DNA of 20,000 nucleotides from Chiloscyllium plagiosum (GCF_004010195.1 NC_057719.1:9911791-9931790), one strand, 5' to 3'. Positions 1 to 9,735 are shown, numbered from the stretch's first letter. Numbers and translations are program-made. The notes: generated by a model from the letters alone, not told the origin.

Positions 1-37
1 TGATGTAGGTTTGCTTGCTGAGCTGGAAGGTTCATTT

Positions 38-77
38 CCAGACATTTCGTCACCATACTAGGTAACATCTTCAGTGG
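38..77 (-). ncRNA. Minimal type I hammerhead ribozyme motif (family A, left arm)
   Basis: Minus strand reads CCA-CUGAAGA-U-GUUACC(UAGUAU)GGUGAC-GAAA-UGUC-UGG: both core boxes intact, 6-bp stem II, stem I CCA/UGG, GUC triplet. Confidence 0.85.
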
Positions 78-252
78 GCCTCCAGGTGAAGCACTGCTAC
101 TGATTCCTACTTTCTATTTATATATCCCATCTACCACCCCCTGAGAAGAAGAACAGAAAATGATATCACCACAGGAAATGAAATCACCAACCCAAAGAAA
201 CCCAAAAATACAAACAGAAAGCAGGAATCAGTAGCAGTGCTTTGTCTGAGGC

Positions 253-292
253 CTGCTGAAGATGTTACCTAGCATGGTGACGAAACGTCTGG
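253..292 (+). ncRNA. Minimal type I hammerhead ribozyme motif (family A, right arm)
   Basis: CUGAAGA (256-262), U, GUUACC(UAGCAU)GGUGAC (264-281), GAAA (282-285), CGUC, UGG. Helix III is the palindrome ACGU. The 5' strand of stem I is mutated (CUG instead of CCA). Confidence 0.8.
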
Positions 293-303
293 AAATGAAC
301 CTT

Positions 304-396
304 TTTAGATTAGATTTTAGATTAGATTAGATTACAGTGTGGAAACCTCTGGCGCTGTGAGGCAGCAGTGCTAACCACTGTGCCACCGTGCCGCCA
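304..396 (-). mobile_element. Internally deleted HE1-type SINE
   Basis: The tRNA-like head (minus strand ggcggcacggtggcacagtggttagcactgctgcctcacagcgccagag) is joined directly to the LINE-like tail and (AATCT)n. TSD AACCTT at 298-303 and 397-402. Confidence 0.85.
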
Positions 397-509
397 AACC
401 TTCTAGCTCAGTGAGCAAACCTACATCCAGAACATCAACCTGAGCTACAAATCTTCTCAAAACTGAGGTGTAACAAGTGTTTTGTATGAGTTCAAAAGAT
501 TTCTGTGCT

Positions 510-802
510 CACAGAATCCCTACAGTATGGAAACAGACCATTCAGCCCATTGAGTCCATTCTGACCCGGTGAAGAGCATCCCATCTTGTCCCTGCACTTC
601 CCTGGACACCATGAGTAATTTAGCATGGCCAATCCACCCTGGCCTGTACATCTTTGAACTGTGGGAGGAAACCAGAGCAACCCCACGCAGTCATGGGGAG
701 AATGTGTAAACTCCACACAGACAGTCGCCTGAGGCTGGAATCAAATCCAGGTCCCTGGCGCTGTGAGGTAGCTGTGCTAACCATTGAGCCACAGTACCAT
801 GC
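510..802 (-). mobile_element. HE1-type V-SINE
   Basis: tRNA-derived head, V-domain-like core (tgtgtggagtttacacattctcccc...ggtttcctcccacag) and CR1-like tail. Confidence 0.9.
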
Positions 803-804
803 TT

Positions 805-998
805 TTGTACGCTATGCCTCTATTAGTAAAGCTGAGGATGCTATCGCTTTATTAACTGCTCTCTCCAACAGTCCTGCTGCCTTCAATGATCTGTGTACAT
901 ACACACAGTGGTTTCTCTGCTCCTGCACCCCTTTTCAAATTGTGCCCTCTAATTTATATTGTCTTTTAATGTTGTTTTGACCAAAGTGCATCACCTCA
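805..998 (-). mobile_element. Degenerate CR1-type LINE ORF2 fragment
   Basis: Minus strand translates as EVMHFGQNNIKRQYKLEGTI*KGVQEQR..VYVHRSLK, the post-RT region of CR1 ORF2, with a stop. Confidence 0.75.
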
Positions 999-1396
999 GG
1001 TGAACTAGGAACAAATTAAGCACCTGTGCATTTTTCAACAGGCTAAAGATGCGATACAAATGATGGCAGTTATTCATTTATCAAGACAAAAGGCAGAGTT
1101 GGATAAATTCTGGATAAGCTAGGGTGTGAAAAGTTATTGGTATAGGCGTGGGTATGCAGTAATCAAATTACCAGTGATCTTGGTAAATAGCATGGATTCA
1201 AGGGACCAAATGGATGACTCCTGCTCGGAATTACAAATAGATAAGGACCGCTGTCAATGTTACATTTCACAAAAGTGGCATTCATTCAACAGCTGCACAG
1301 TAATGTTATTATAACCAATTTGAAAGGGAAACAAAGAGGTTTCTCTAGATTTTATTCAGATGGCCTGATGTGGCAGTTTAAAAGCTTCTAATCAAC

Positions 1397-1497
1397 CTTC
1401 TCAGAGATGTTATTACATACATCTAGAGATCAGTGGGCACATGAACCCAACCTTCCTGCTCCAGAGGTAGAGACATTACTACTATGCCACAAGAGCC
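1397..1497 (-). mobile_element. tRNA-derived SINE head fragment
   Basis: Minus strand has an A-box-like tggcatagtag and a B-box-like ggttcatgtgccc with tRNA spacing. No intact cloverleaf. Confidence 0.55.
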
Positions 1498-1590
1498 CAT
1501 GATTTGGAGACACCTGGGTTGGACTGGGGTGTACAAAGTTAAAAAAAATCACACAACACCAGGTTATAGTCCAACGGGTTCATTTGGAAG

Positions 1591-1625
1591 CACTAGCTTT
1601 CAGAGCGCTGCTCCTTCATCAGATG
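1591..1625 (-). ncRNA. Minimal type I hammerhead ribozyme motif (family C, left arm)
   Basis: CAU-CUGAUGA-A-GGAGC(AGC)GCUCU-GAAA-GCUA-GUG. Core intact, helix III palindrome AGCU, CUA triplet, G-U pairs at two positions. Confidence 0.85.
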
Positions 1626-1636
1626 GTTGTGACAAT

Positions 1637-1671
1637 CACCTGACGAAGGAGCGGCGCTCCAAAAGCTAGTG
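1637..1671 (+). ncRNA. Minimal hammerhead motif with a core mutation (family C, right arm)
   Basis: CAC-CUGACGA-A-GGAGC(GGC)GCUCC-AAAA-GCUA-GUG. Stems are perfect, but GAAA is mutated to AAAA. Confidence 0.75.
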
Positions 1672-1797
1672 CTTCCAAATGAACCCATTGGACTATAACC
1701 TGGTGTTGTGTCATTTTTAACAAGAGCCCATGTTGAGGTTAACACTCCATTCACCAGCTTCAGCTGACACTGTGTGGACTACTGTAATTCATATAAA

Positions 1798-2084
1798 GTC
1801 ATAGAATCTCTAGAGTGTAGAAACAGGCCATTTGGCCCAAGTTCACACCAACCCTCCGAAGAGTAACCCACCCAGGCCCATTCCCCCACCCTATCATTCT
1901 ACACCCTATGACTAATGCACCCAACCTACAAATCCCTGGAGGAAACCAGAGCACCCGGAGGAAAACCACGCGGAAACAGGGAGAACGTGTAAACTCCACA
2001 CAGACAGTCACCCGAGGTGGAATTGAACCCAGGTCTCTGGGGCTGTGATGCAGCAATGCTAACCACTGAGCCACCACACTGCCC
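1798..2084 (-). mobile_element. HE1-type V-SINE
   Basis: Head with A/B boxes, conserved core and LINE-like tail ending attctatgac. Confidence 0.9.
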
Positions 2085-2129
2085 AGTGATGCTATGAGGA
2101 CTGGAGCTCTTGGGGTCAAACTTGTAGAC

Positions 2130-2495
2130 AATAGCCTATTTCAAAAGTCCTTAATTGACAATAAATATTTTACTGATGAGGGAGTAAAGAGTTATGGGGA
2201 CAGGCAACAAAAACACCATTAAGGCCACAATCAGGTCAGCCATGACCTTTTTGAATCGTGTGGCAGGTTTAAGTGGATGAATGGTCTACTCTTATCTTCT
2301 AACTCATTTGTTGGGTAGTGTTGTAGAATAGAGCGACCTAGGGGTTCAGGTACATAATTTGTGGAAGTTTGCATCGTAGGTAGACAGGATGGTTAAGATG
2401 ATGTCAGGCACGCTTGCCTTTATTGCTCAGACCTTTGCATATGAGTTGTGATGTCATGTTGAGGTTGTACAGGACATTGGTGAGGCCTCTTCTGG
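2130..2495 (+). mobile_element. Degenerate CR1-type LINE fragments (3' UTR piece and ORF2 piece)
   Basis: 2130-2300 resembles the LINE 3' UTRs elsewhere in the window. 2325-2495 resembles the RDLGVQVH...RLYRTLVRPLL segment seen in the 6142-6759 ORF and its flank. Confidence 0.65.
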
Positions 2496-2954
2496 TGAGT
2501 AAGAAGAATAACACATTGAGTGGCAGTCTCTAGCAGTGTCCTGAAGGGCCAGTGGTTTTGTTAACAATTGTCCAAGATTAATGGCCCCTGTACCAAGTGC
2601 TGAGGTGAACTGCTGAAGGAAGTTGGAAAGGGGACCTCAAAGAGGAGGTCGGTTTGCATACACAAGGGATCCAACACTCGTTTAGGCCACAATCGTCACA
2701 CAAGAGCCTTTGCCAGTTGGCACATTTCTGGGTGGGAGATGGTAATGCTTTATGTGCATGCTGCCCACCTTATTGGACCCATACATGTCAGCTTTCCAGC
2801 CTGCAAAACAGGTATCACCAAACATCAGCATTAAAAAAAACATTTGGGCAATTAAAAAGGGGAAGATGCACTTTGCTAAAACTGGGACTGTGATCCTTCC
2901 TATCAAAGAATATTTTATATATACACATATCTAAAACAGTCACTATTCAGTTCC

Positions 2955-3053
2955 TTGTCGAGAGTGTGATGCTGGAAAAGCACAGCAGGTCAGACAGCAT
3001 CCGAGGAGCGGAAGAATCAATATTTCGGGCAAAAGCCTTTCATCAGAGCTTGG
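2955..3053 (-). mobile_element. Single-arm copy of hammerhead mini-element family B
   Basis: Homologous to 6794-6969 and 10298-10469. Minus strand at about 3016-3046 reads CUGAUGA-A-AGGC(UUUU)GCCC-GAAA-UAUU-GA. Possible 9-bp TSD TTCAGTTCC (2946-2954 and 3054-3062). Confidence 0.8.
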
Positions 3054-3300
3054 TTCAGTTCCAGCCTTAGGTGACTATCTGTGTGGAGTTTACACTTTCT
3101 CCTATAGTTTGCTCCATTTTCCTCCCACCGTCCAAGATGTGCAGGCTTGGTGGATTGGCTGTGCTAAATTGCTCATAGTGTCCAAGGATACCTAAACTAG
3201 GTGGATTAGCCATAGTAAATGCAGAGTAACACAGATAGGTTGTATCTGGTTGGGATGGTCAGTATGGGCTGAATGGCCTGCTTCCACAAATGGGATTCTA
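3054..3300 (+). mobile_element. 5'-truncated HE1-type V-SINE
   Basis: Starts at the B box. Core tgtgtggagtttacactt..., tail gggctgaatggcctgcttcc...gggattcta. Confidence 0.8.
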
Positions 3301-3605
3301 AGTAGCTGAACTGATTGATTCTGCCACAATTAGATATAAAAGCAAAAGTACTTCTACCTGCAATTTTAAACTTATTCAAGTGAGTGGAAGCACAGCTGCC
3401 TTCATATAATCTCTTCAACTATGCACTTTACACATTCTAGAGACCTGGTTTTGAGTGGAAGAGTACTGATCGACACAAAGAAACTGAAAATGAGGTAAGA
3501 TGGAGCAGAGAACAAGGCTAAAGTAAGGAATATTTGCCAAATGTTTGCCCATTCATATCAGCTATGAAAATCTCCGTATTCCCTCTCAAATTGCCTTTCC
3601 ACCTT

Positions 3606-3734
3606 AAAAGAGTCACATCAGATTCAAACTGTGAACTGTGTTTCTTTCCCCATAGATGCTTCCAGATCTGCTGAGTTTTCCCAGCATGTTCTGTTTTTAT
3701 TTCAGATCTCCAGCATCTGCAGGTTTTCAATTTT
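3606..3734 (+). mobile_element. Old repeat family E (related to family B, decayed hammerhead at the 5' end)
   Basis: gatgcttccagatctgctg...ccagca...gatctccagcatctgcag matches the family B arm. It is preceded by a GAGTC...GATTC stem remnant. Confidence 0.6.
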
Positions 3735-3769
3735 AGAGTAATCCAGAGATCCAAGTGAATATATCTGGG

Positions 3770-4098
3770 AACACAAGCTCAAATCTCACCAGGTTGGAAG
3801 AGTGTAATTTAAATTTGATTTGAAAATTGGGATTATGCAGCTATTCTCTACAATGGTGACCATCAGAGTGATCAGTAATTGTGGTGAAAACCCATCTGCT
3901 TCATAAATGTCTGTTTTAGAGAAGGGCATCTGCTACCATTACTGGATGACCTTGTCTACAAGTGATTTTAAAACCGCAGAAATGTGGTTGGCCGTTAACT
4001 ACACACTGCAGCAACCTTGAAAACCATTCAGTCAAAAGCAATTAAATATGGGCAAGAAGCACTGGCGATGCCTGTGTCTTGTGAAAGAATAAAGAAAA
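3770..4098 (+). mobile_element. Degenerate SINE-like element with a LINE-derived tail
   Basis: B-box-like ctcaaatctcacc at the start. The 3' end (gcaattaaatatgggcaag...gaataaagaaaa) resembles the tail of the LINE at 9221-9735. Confidence 0.5.
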
Positions 4099-4184
4099 TG
4101 TTAGATATAACTGAGTAAAAAGTCACCAGTGTGGAATTGACACTGCTGCCCTCTTACTAACTCACCACAACTCTTGTTGCTTTC

Positions 4185-4372
4185 CTTATCCATTCAAGGA
4201 TGTGAATGTTACTGGCTAGATCACCACATATTGCCATACCCTAATTGCCCTTGTGATGATTAGCTACCTTCTTCAGCTGCTGGAGTGCCTGGATTACAGG
4301 ATGAGCCACAGTGTTGTTAAGAAAGGAGTTCCAGATGTTGATTCAGCAACAGTGAATGAATACCAGTTTGTT
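4185..4372 (-). mobile_element. 3' end of a second (non-HER1, L2/Crack-like) LINE family
   Basis: Reverse-complement similarity to 9540-9735. Confidence 0.6.
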
Positions 4373-4375
4373 TCT

Positions 4376-4474
4376 AAATCAGAAACAGAAATTGCTGGAG
4401 AGACTCAGTAGGTCTCACAGAATCGGTAGAGAAAGCACAGCAAATAATTTGAGTCCAGCAACTCTCCTTCAGAA
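4376..4474 (-). mobile_element. Family E repeat with a decayed hammerhead
   Basis: Minus strand reads tt-CTGAAGG-A-GAGTT(GCTG)GACTC-AAAT... followed by the family E body. Confidence 0.6.
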
Positions 4475-6054
4475 TGTTCAGCATCTATTATACAATGACA
4501 CACAGGTCCCATTGCACCTCTCCCTTTCCCAATCTATCACCATTCAGATAATAATCTGTCTTCCTACTTTTTGCCAGCAAAGTGGACAACCTCACATTTA
4601 TCAATGTTTTACGTCATCTGCCATATGTTTATCCACTCACATACTGGAGACCTACAGCCAACCTACATTCAACTATGGTTTTATATTCAAGCACGTGTTC
4701 AGTTCATTTGTTCTCCATTGTGAGCATTGTTGATACAGTTATCTATTACCCTATTTGGAGTTACTTACAGTAGGATCTGCTTGGCCTTCTCCTTAGATAT
4801 CTCTGGCATTTTCCCTAAGGAATATGGATTTAATCTCCATCTCCAGCTAAGCAACGTCTGACCTTTGAGATTTCTTCATTTGACTATGAGTGCCAAAGGA
4901 TTCCAGAATACAAAGTGTCCATACAAAGATCCCTCAAAATACCAAGATACAAAATTGACCCAAGATGATTAATTTCACCTTCAAACGAAAAACAAAATGT
5001 CAACGCAAAGACATAGAAGGACCAGGGACCAGCAGTCTCAAAGAATATTAAGTGCAATCTCGTTTCACTTCCTCAGAAATGTTAGAGAAGAAAACAATGA
5101 AAGTAAACAGTTGTAGAATGATTATTACCCATTTCTATTGTGTCCTTTCCTTAAAAAAAAATTATTAATCTGCTCAGCTTAACCTATATAGATGAGAGGC
5201 TATCACTTGGTAAAGCAACATGCAATTTAATTACATTTCACAGCTCCAAAAAGCAGCGCACGCTATCTTTGAACGTGAAATTGCTAATTTAAAGTACCCT
5301 TACAGCAAATCATGGGTGGCTTAATGTAAGATATAATGAAGTTGCAATGTGTATATCTGCTGAAACAAAACAAATTGCAAAACAAATCCCTATTTTTAAT
5401 TACCCAAAATGGCAGAGAATGTGAAAAGTATTGAACACAGAACCAAATGCTTTGGCATCACTGAAATGCTTTTGAAGGGACATCACTGTTAAAATATAGA
5501 GGATGTTTTTTTAATTATGGAATCTTTGGAATTTTCCAGCCTTGAGATGCTCAGTTTTCAAGCATGGTCAAGACTAAGGTTAGTACATATTGGATTCTCA
5601 GGACATCATGGGAAATGTTGGGATAGGGAATTTGATCTGGATATAACTGAATGTCAAAGCAGACTCTATTGGCTATACCGTCAATTACTACTCCTGTTTC
5701 TTACATTTTTAATTTTCATAAACTTACAGCTATCAACCCATTTTTATACTTCACTCTCTTGTTTGTGGAATCTAATCTATGCCATCAATTTAGAATGTAT
5801 CACGAACAGGTGAAGGGAGCGAAAAATGCAGAACAACAATACACGACTTCTGGCTCTGCAAAGAATGGGCCATTCTCTCCAATCGTGATTAACATTTATT
5901 GTGAACAACTACTTACTGTTAACCATTTTATTGTTAACAAACCTTTTGCAAAAAGGGCAAAATTTGTTTGGGAAAGTGTTCTGAAGTTACATCCCCAGGC
6001 CTTCAACAACTGTCACCAGTTACAGGTACATTGGATAAATAGTCAATAGTAAGA

Positions 6055-7008
6055 GTCAGTCATAGAGTCATAGAGATGTACAGCATGGAAACAGACCCTT
6101 CAGTCCAACATGTCCATGCCGATCAGATATCCCAACCCAATCTAGTCCCACCTGCCAGCACCCAGCACATATCCCTCCAAACCTTTCCTATTCATATACT
6201 CATCCAAATGCCTTTTAAATGTTGCAATTGTACCAGCCTCCACCACTTCCTCTGGCAGCTCATTCCATACCTGTACCACCCTCTGTGTGAAAAAGTTGCC
6301 CCTTAGGTCTCTTTTATATCTTTCCCCTCTCACCCTAAACCTATGCCCTCTAGTTCTGGACTCCCCCATCCCAGGGAAAAGACTTTGTCTATTTACCCTA
6401 TCCATGCTCCTCATAATTTTATAAACCTCTATAAGGTCACCCCTCAGCCTCCAATGCTCCAGGAAAAACAGCCCCAGCCTGTTCAGCCTCTCCCCATAGT
6501 TCAAATCCTCCAACCCTGGCAACATCCTTGTAAATCTTTTCCGAACCCTTTCAAGTTTCTCAACATCTTTCTGATAGGAAGGAGACCAGAACTGCACACA
6601 ATATTCCAACAGTGGCCTAACCAATGTCCTGTATGGCCGCAACATGACCTCCCAACTCATGTACTCAATACTCTGACTAATAAAAGAAAGCATACCAAAC
6701 GCCTTCTTCACTATCCTACCTACCTGTGACTCCACTTTCAAAGACCTGTTAACCTGCACGCCAAGATCTCTTTGTTCAGCAACACTCTATAGGCAAAAGT
6801 GAGGACTGCAGATGCTGGAAACCACAGTTTAGATCATTATGTTGCTGGAAAAGCACAGCAGGTCAGGCAGCATCCGAGGAGCAGGATAATCGACGTTCCG
6901 GGCAAAAGCCCGATTCCTGATGAAGGGCTTTTGCCCAAAATGTCGATTTTCCTGCTCCTCAGATGCAATCAACACTCTATAGGACCTTACCATTAAGTGT
7001 ATAAGTAC
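6055..7008 (-). mobile_element. CR1/HER1-type LINE, 5'-truncated and relatively young, interrupted at 6794-6969
   Basis: Open 205-aa ORF (6142-6759) with LVRPLLEYCVQFWSP, RLRGDLIEVYKI, RTRGH and FFTQRVVQVWNELP motifs. (CTCTATGA)n 3' tail near 6060-6075. Confidence 0.95.
6794..6969. mobile_element. Palindromic hammerhead mini-element (family B)
   Basis: Perfect 14-bp TSD CAACACTCTATAGG (6780-6793 and 6970-6983). Inverted arms at about 6870-6911 and 6925-6966. Plus strand reads CUGAUGA(6917-6923)-A-GGGC(UUUU)GCCC-AAAA-UGUC-GA. Confidence 0.9.
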
Positions 7009-7719
7009 TGCGGAGTCCCTTCTTTTTATGTAAAAATATTCTTAGTTCTCCATTGTAAGTTGACCTCTGACATTTGGACCAACATCCTTAATTTTTCACA
7101 TACTTTGTACTGGTTTTGGCAGGAATAGCCTTTCTCCCCCGCCTCACAATTGCTCCTTTTTGAAATTGTCATCTGAAATAGATCACTGGACAGCTCTCCT
7201 GGCTGAATTCAGCACCATGACCAGCGACCACCAAGGCTTCATCATTATCGGCAGTTCCCAAAACCCGGTTGAATTTAAACTCCTTGGGAATGTAGCTCAG
7301 GCATTAGTTAACTAACAATTTGGTTTTGAAAACTCAGCTTTTACATGCGTATATATTAGTTGGGTCATACAATAATACATGAAATAATTAGATGAAGTCC
7401 TCATGTTGAACATAGCAGTGGCGAAGAAAAGGTTGAACTCTCTGAAAGTTATCTTTATTTTAAATTAATGAGTATGGTGTCGATGCAAAGCGATAGTACA
7501 CACTTTTCACTGTATTTTACATTGAATACGTGTGACAATAAATAATTCAATGAATTCGAATGGATCACCTGAGGAAATTGTCCAGCAATAATCCATTGTA
7601 ACTTCAATACACAGAGCAGAAATAAAGAGGATCTGCATTTATACAGCACCTTTCACAACACTGGTTGCTTGATGCCTACAATATGCATATTAATGCATAA
7701 AACAGGTGAGATGCTGATC

Positions 7720-8680
7720 ATTCAGCCCCTTCTCAAATTGCTCCCCCCTCCCCAGCCCGCGCAGTTCTGGACACATCCACGAGTGGAATAATTCTTTCCA
7801 GGTTCACCTCATCAAGATTATTCACCACTGACTCTTCTAAACTCCAGTGGAATTACAGCCCAGCCAGTCCACCCTATCCTCATAAGGTAACTCCCTTGCT
7901 CCAAGTACTAATCGAGTAAATTTCCTCTGAACTGCATGTGACACATTTACATACTGCTTTAGATAACCAGACCAAAACTACACAGAGTACTCATGATGTG
8001 GTCTCTCTTATATCCTATATAACTGAAGCATTTCACATCCTTTGTTTTCTGTTCAATTCCCCTCATAAGAAAGCAAGGCATCCCATTAGACTGCTTGATT
8101 ACATTCTGTACCTTTATATTAACATTTTCTGATATGGAGCACCTAAATCCCTCTGCACCTCGGTTTTCCACAGTTCATCTCTGTTTTCCCCAGCTGCCAG
8201 ATCTTTGACCACTAACTCAACCTACCTTCTTCATCAAGTACTTTCCTACCTGAGTGGCACAGTGGCTAAGTGGTTAGCACTATTGCCTCAAAGCACCAGG
8301 GACCTGGGTTCGATTCCAGCCTTGGGCAACTGTCTGTGTGGTGTCTGCATGTTCTCCCCGTGCCTGTGTGGGTTTCCTCTGCGTGCTCCAGTTTCCTCCC
8401 ACAGTCACAAAGATGTGCAGGCCATGTCAAGTTGCCCACAGTGTTCAGGTGCATTAGTCAGGGGTAAATGTAGAGTAATAAGGGAGGGGAATGGGTCTGG
8501 GTGGGATACCCCTTGGAGGGTCAGTATGGACTTGTTGGGCAGAAGAGACTGTTTCCGCACTGTAGTGATTCTACCTAGCTTTGTGTCATCTGGAAATCTC
8601 ACTACTGAGCTTTAATGCCCCTCAGCTAATTCATCAATGGGATTTGTTAAAAATCTGTGGCCTCAGCATAGACCTTTGCT
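7720..8680 (-). mobile_element. Old fragmented CR1-type LINE, interrupted by HE1 at 8252-8570
   Basis: Minus strand shows RFPDDTKLG (degenerate FADDTKLG RT motif) near 8575-8600, plus downstream ORF2-like remnants. Confidence 0.7.
8252..8570 (+). mobile_element. HE1-type V-SINE, near full length
   Basis: A box tggctaagtgg, B box ggttcgattcc, core and tail. TSD CTACCT (8246-8251 and 8571-8576). Confidence 0.92.
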
Positions 8681-8764
8681 GCATGATAGGACACACAGGA
8701 CAAACTTGTGGAGAACAAGCTCCACTTAACCTCAATGTAAGAATGACTTGATAATCTGCTATGG

Positions 8765-9166
8765 GATGTTGTCTGAGGAATAATTGGCCTGAACACCAGG
8801 GAGTACTCCATTACTATTCTTTAAAGTTGTACCGCATGGTCTTTATTTTCGCCTGCCTGAGATGGTAGCTGTCTCCGCTGAAAGATGCAGAAAGTATAGA
8901 GGGGATGTCAGAGGCGAGTTCCTTACGCAGAGAGTTGTGAGAGCATGGAATATGTTGCCAGCAGCAGTTGTGGAAGCGAGGTCATTGGGGATATTTAAGA
9001 GACTGCTGGACATGCATATGGTCAGAGAAATTTGAGGGTTCGTACATTAGGTTTACCTTACATGAGGATCAATGGTCGGCACAACATCGTGGGCTGAAGA
9101 GCCTGTTCTGTGCTGTACTGTTCTATGTTACCTTCAACAGTCCAGCACTCCATCAGCACTGCACTC
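8765..9166 (-). mobile_element. Ancient DeuSINE/SacSINE1-like fragment split by a CR1 3' end
   Basis: 8765-8889 (ttggcctgaacaccagggagtactcc...gaaagatgc) continues at 9130-9166 (accttcaacagtccagcactccatcagcactgcact). It resembles my recollection of the shark SacSINE1 consensus and has not been verified by search. Confidence 0.45.
8890..9128 (+). mobile_element. CR1-type LINE 3' end
   Basis: FLTQRVVRAWNMLP motif followed by a 3' UTR ending gcctgttctgtgctgtactgttctatgtt. Confidence 0.85.
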
Positions 9167-9220
9167 ACATGTTAGCAAAACCGCTAACTGAATCCCAACG
9201 CCTACTCTCCATCTACCTTC

Positions 9221-9735
9221 AGGAGTGTGATGGAATTCTCTCCACCTGCCTGGGTGGGTCTAGCTCCAATAACACTCAAGAATCTTGACACCATCCAGAA
9301 CAAAGCAGCCCACACTTGATTGGCACCGCATCCATATGCATCCATTCCCTGAACCACTGGTGCTCAGTAGCAGCAGTGTGTACCATCTACAAGATGGACT
9401 GCAGAAAGTCATCAAAGCTTCTTAGTCAGTGCCTTCCAAACCCCATGACCACTTCCATTGAGAGGAACAAGGGCAGAAATGCTTGGGAACATCAGCACCC
9501 GCCAATTCCCCTCCAAGCCACTCGCCATTTTGACTTGGAAATATACCACTGCTCCATCACTGTTGCTGGGTTAAAGTCCTGGAACATACTCATGAACAAC
9601 ATTGTGTGTGCATACCTACATGGCATAGACTGAAGTGGTTCAAAAAGGCAGCTCACCATCACCTTCTCAAGAACAACTAGGGACGGGCAATAAATACTAG
9701 CTCAGTCAGCGACATCCATATCCCAACAGCGAGTG
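9221..9735 (+). mobile_element. 3' part of the second LINE family (L2/Crack-like)
   Basis: Translates as SVMEFSPPAWVGLAPITLKNLDTIQNKAA / IHSLNHWCSVAAVCTIYKM, a LINE ORF2 C-terminus. Further copies at about 4185, 18400 and 18670. Confidence 0.75.

Larger units (their letters stand above)
1..463 (+). mobile_element. Penelope-like element remnant (family A): truncated ORF tail between inverted pseudo-LTR arms, interrupted by a SINE at 304-396
   Basis: 2-122 is the reverse complement of about 209-303 plus 403-427. The spacer from 126 reads PIYHPLRRRTENDIT, like the Penelope/Poseidon ORF C-terminal (L)DPIY.PL motif. The tail agctacaaatcttctcaaaa is shared with the element at 11516-11990. The left end runs off the window. 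Confidence 0.85.
1502..1719. mobile_element. Palindromic hammerhead-bearing mini-element (family C), probably a non-autonomous PLE derivative
   Basis: 13-bp TSD ACAAGAGCCCATG (1489-1501 and 1720-1732). Inverted arms of about 90 bp (about 1538-1630 and 1632-1721) with almost no spacer, and a hammerhead motif in each arm. Confidence 0.9.

Noticed and set aside
305..333. (TAGAT)n as an independent microsatellite (also 17779-17796)
   Set aside because: It is the 3' terminal repeat of HE1 SINEs on the minus strand.
1502..1719. Palindromes as MITEs/DNA transposons or pre-miRNAs
   Set aside because: Asymmetric ends, long TSDs, hammerhead cores and GIY-YIG remnants in similar elements favour a PLE origin.
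5517..6049. ORFs 5517-5813 and 5651-6049 as exons
   Set aside because: No recognisable protein motif or convincing splice signals; lengths are compatible with chance.
6142..6759. 205-aa ORF as a host gene
   Set aside because: It is the C-terminus of CR1 LINE ORF2, with a LINE tail and several decayed paralogues in the window.
8252..8325. tRNA genes at SINE heads (also 13037 and 18015-18087)
   Set aside because: A/B boxes run straight into the SINE body, with no complete cloverleaf or terminator.
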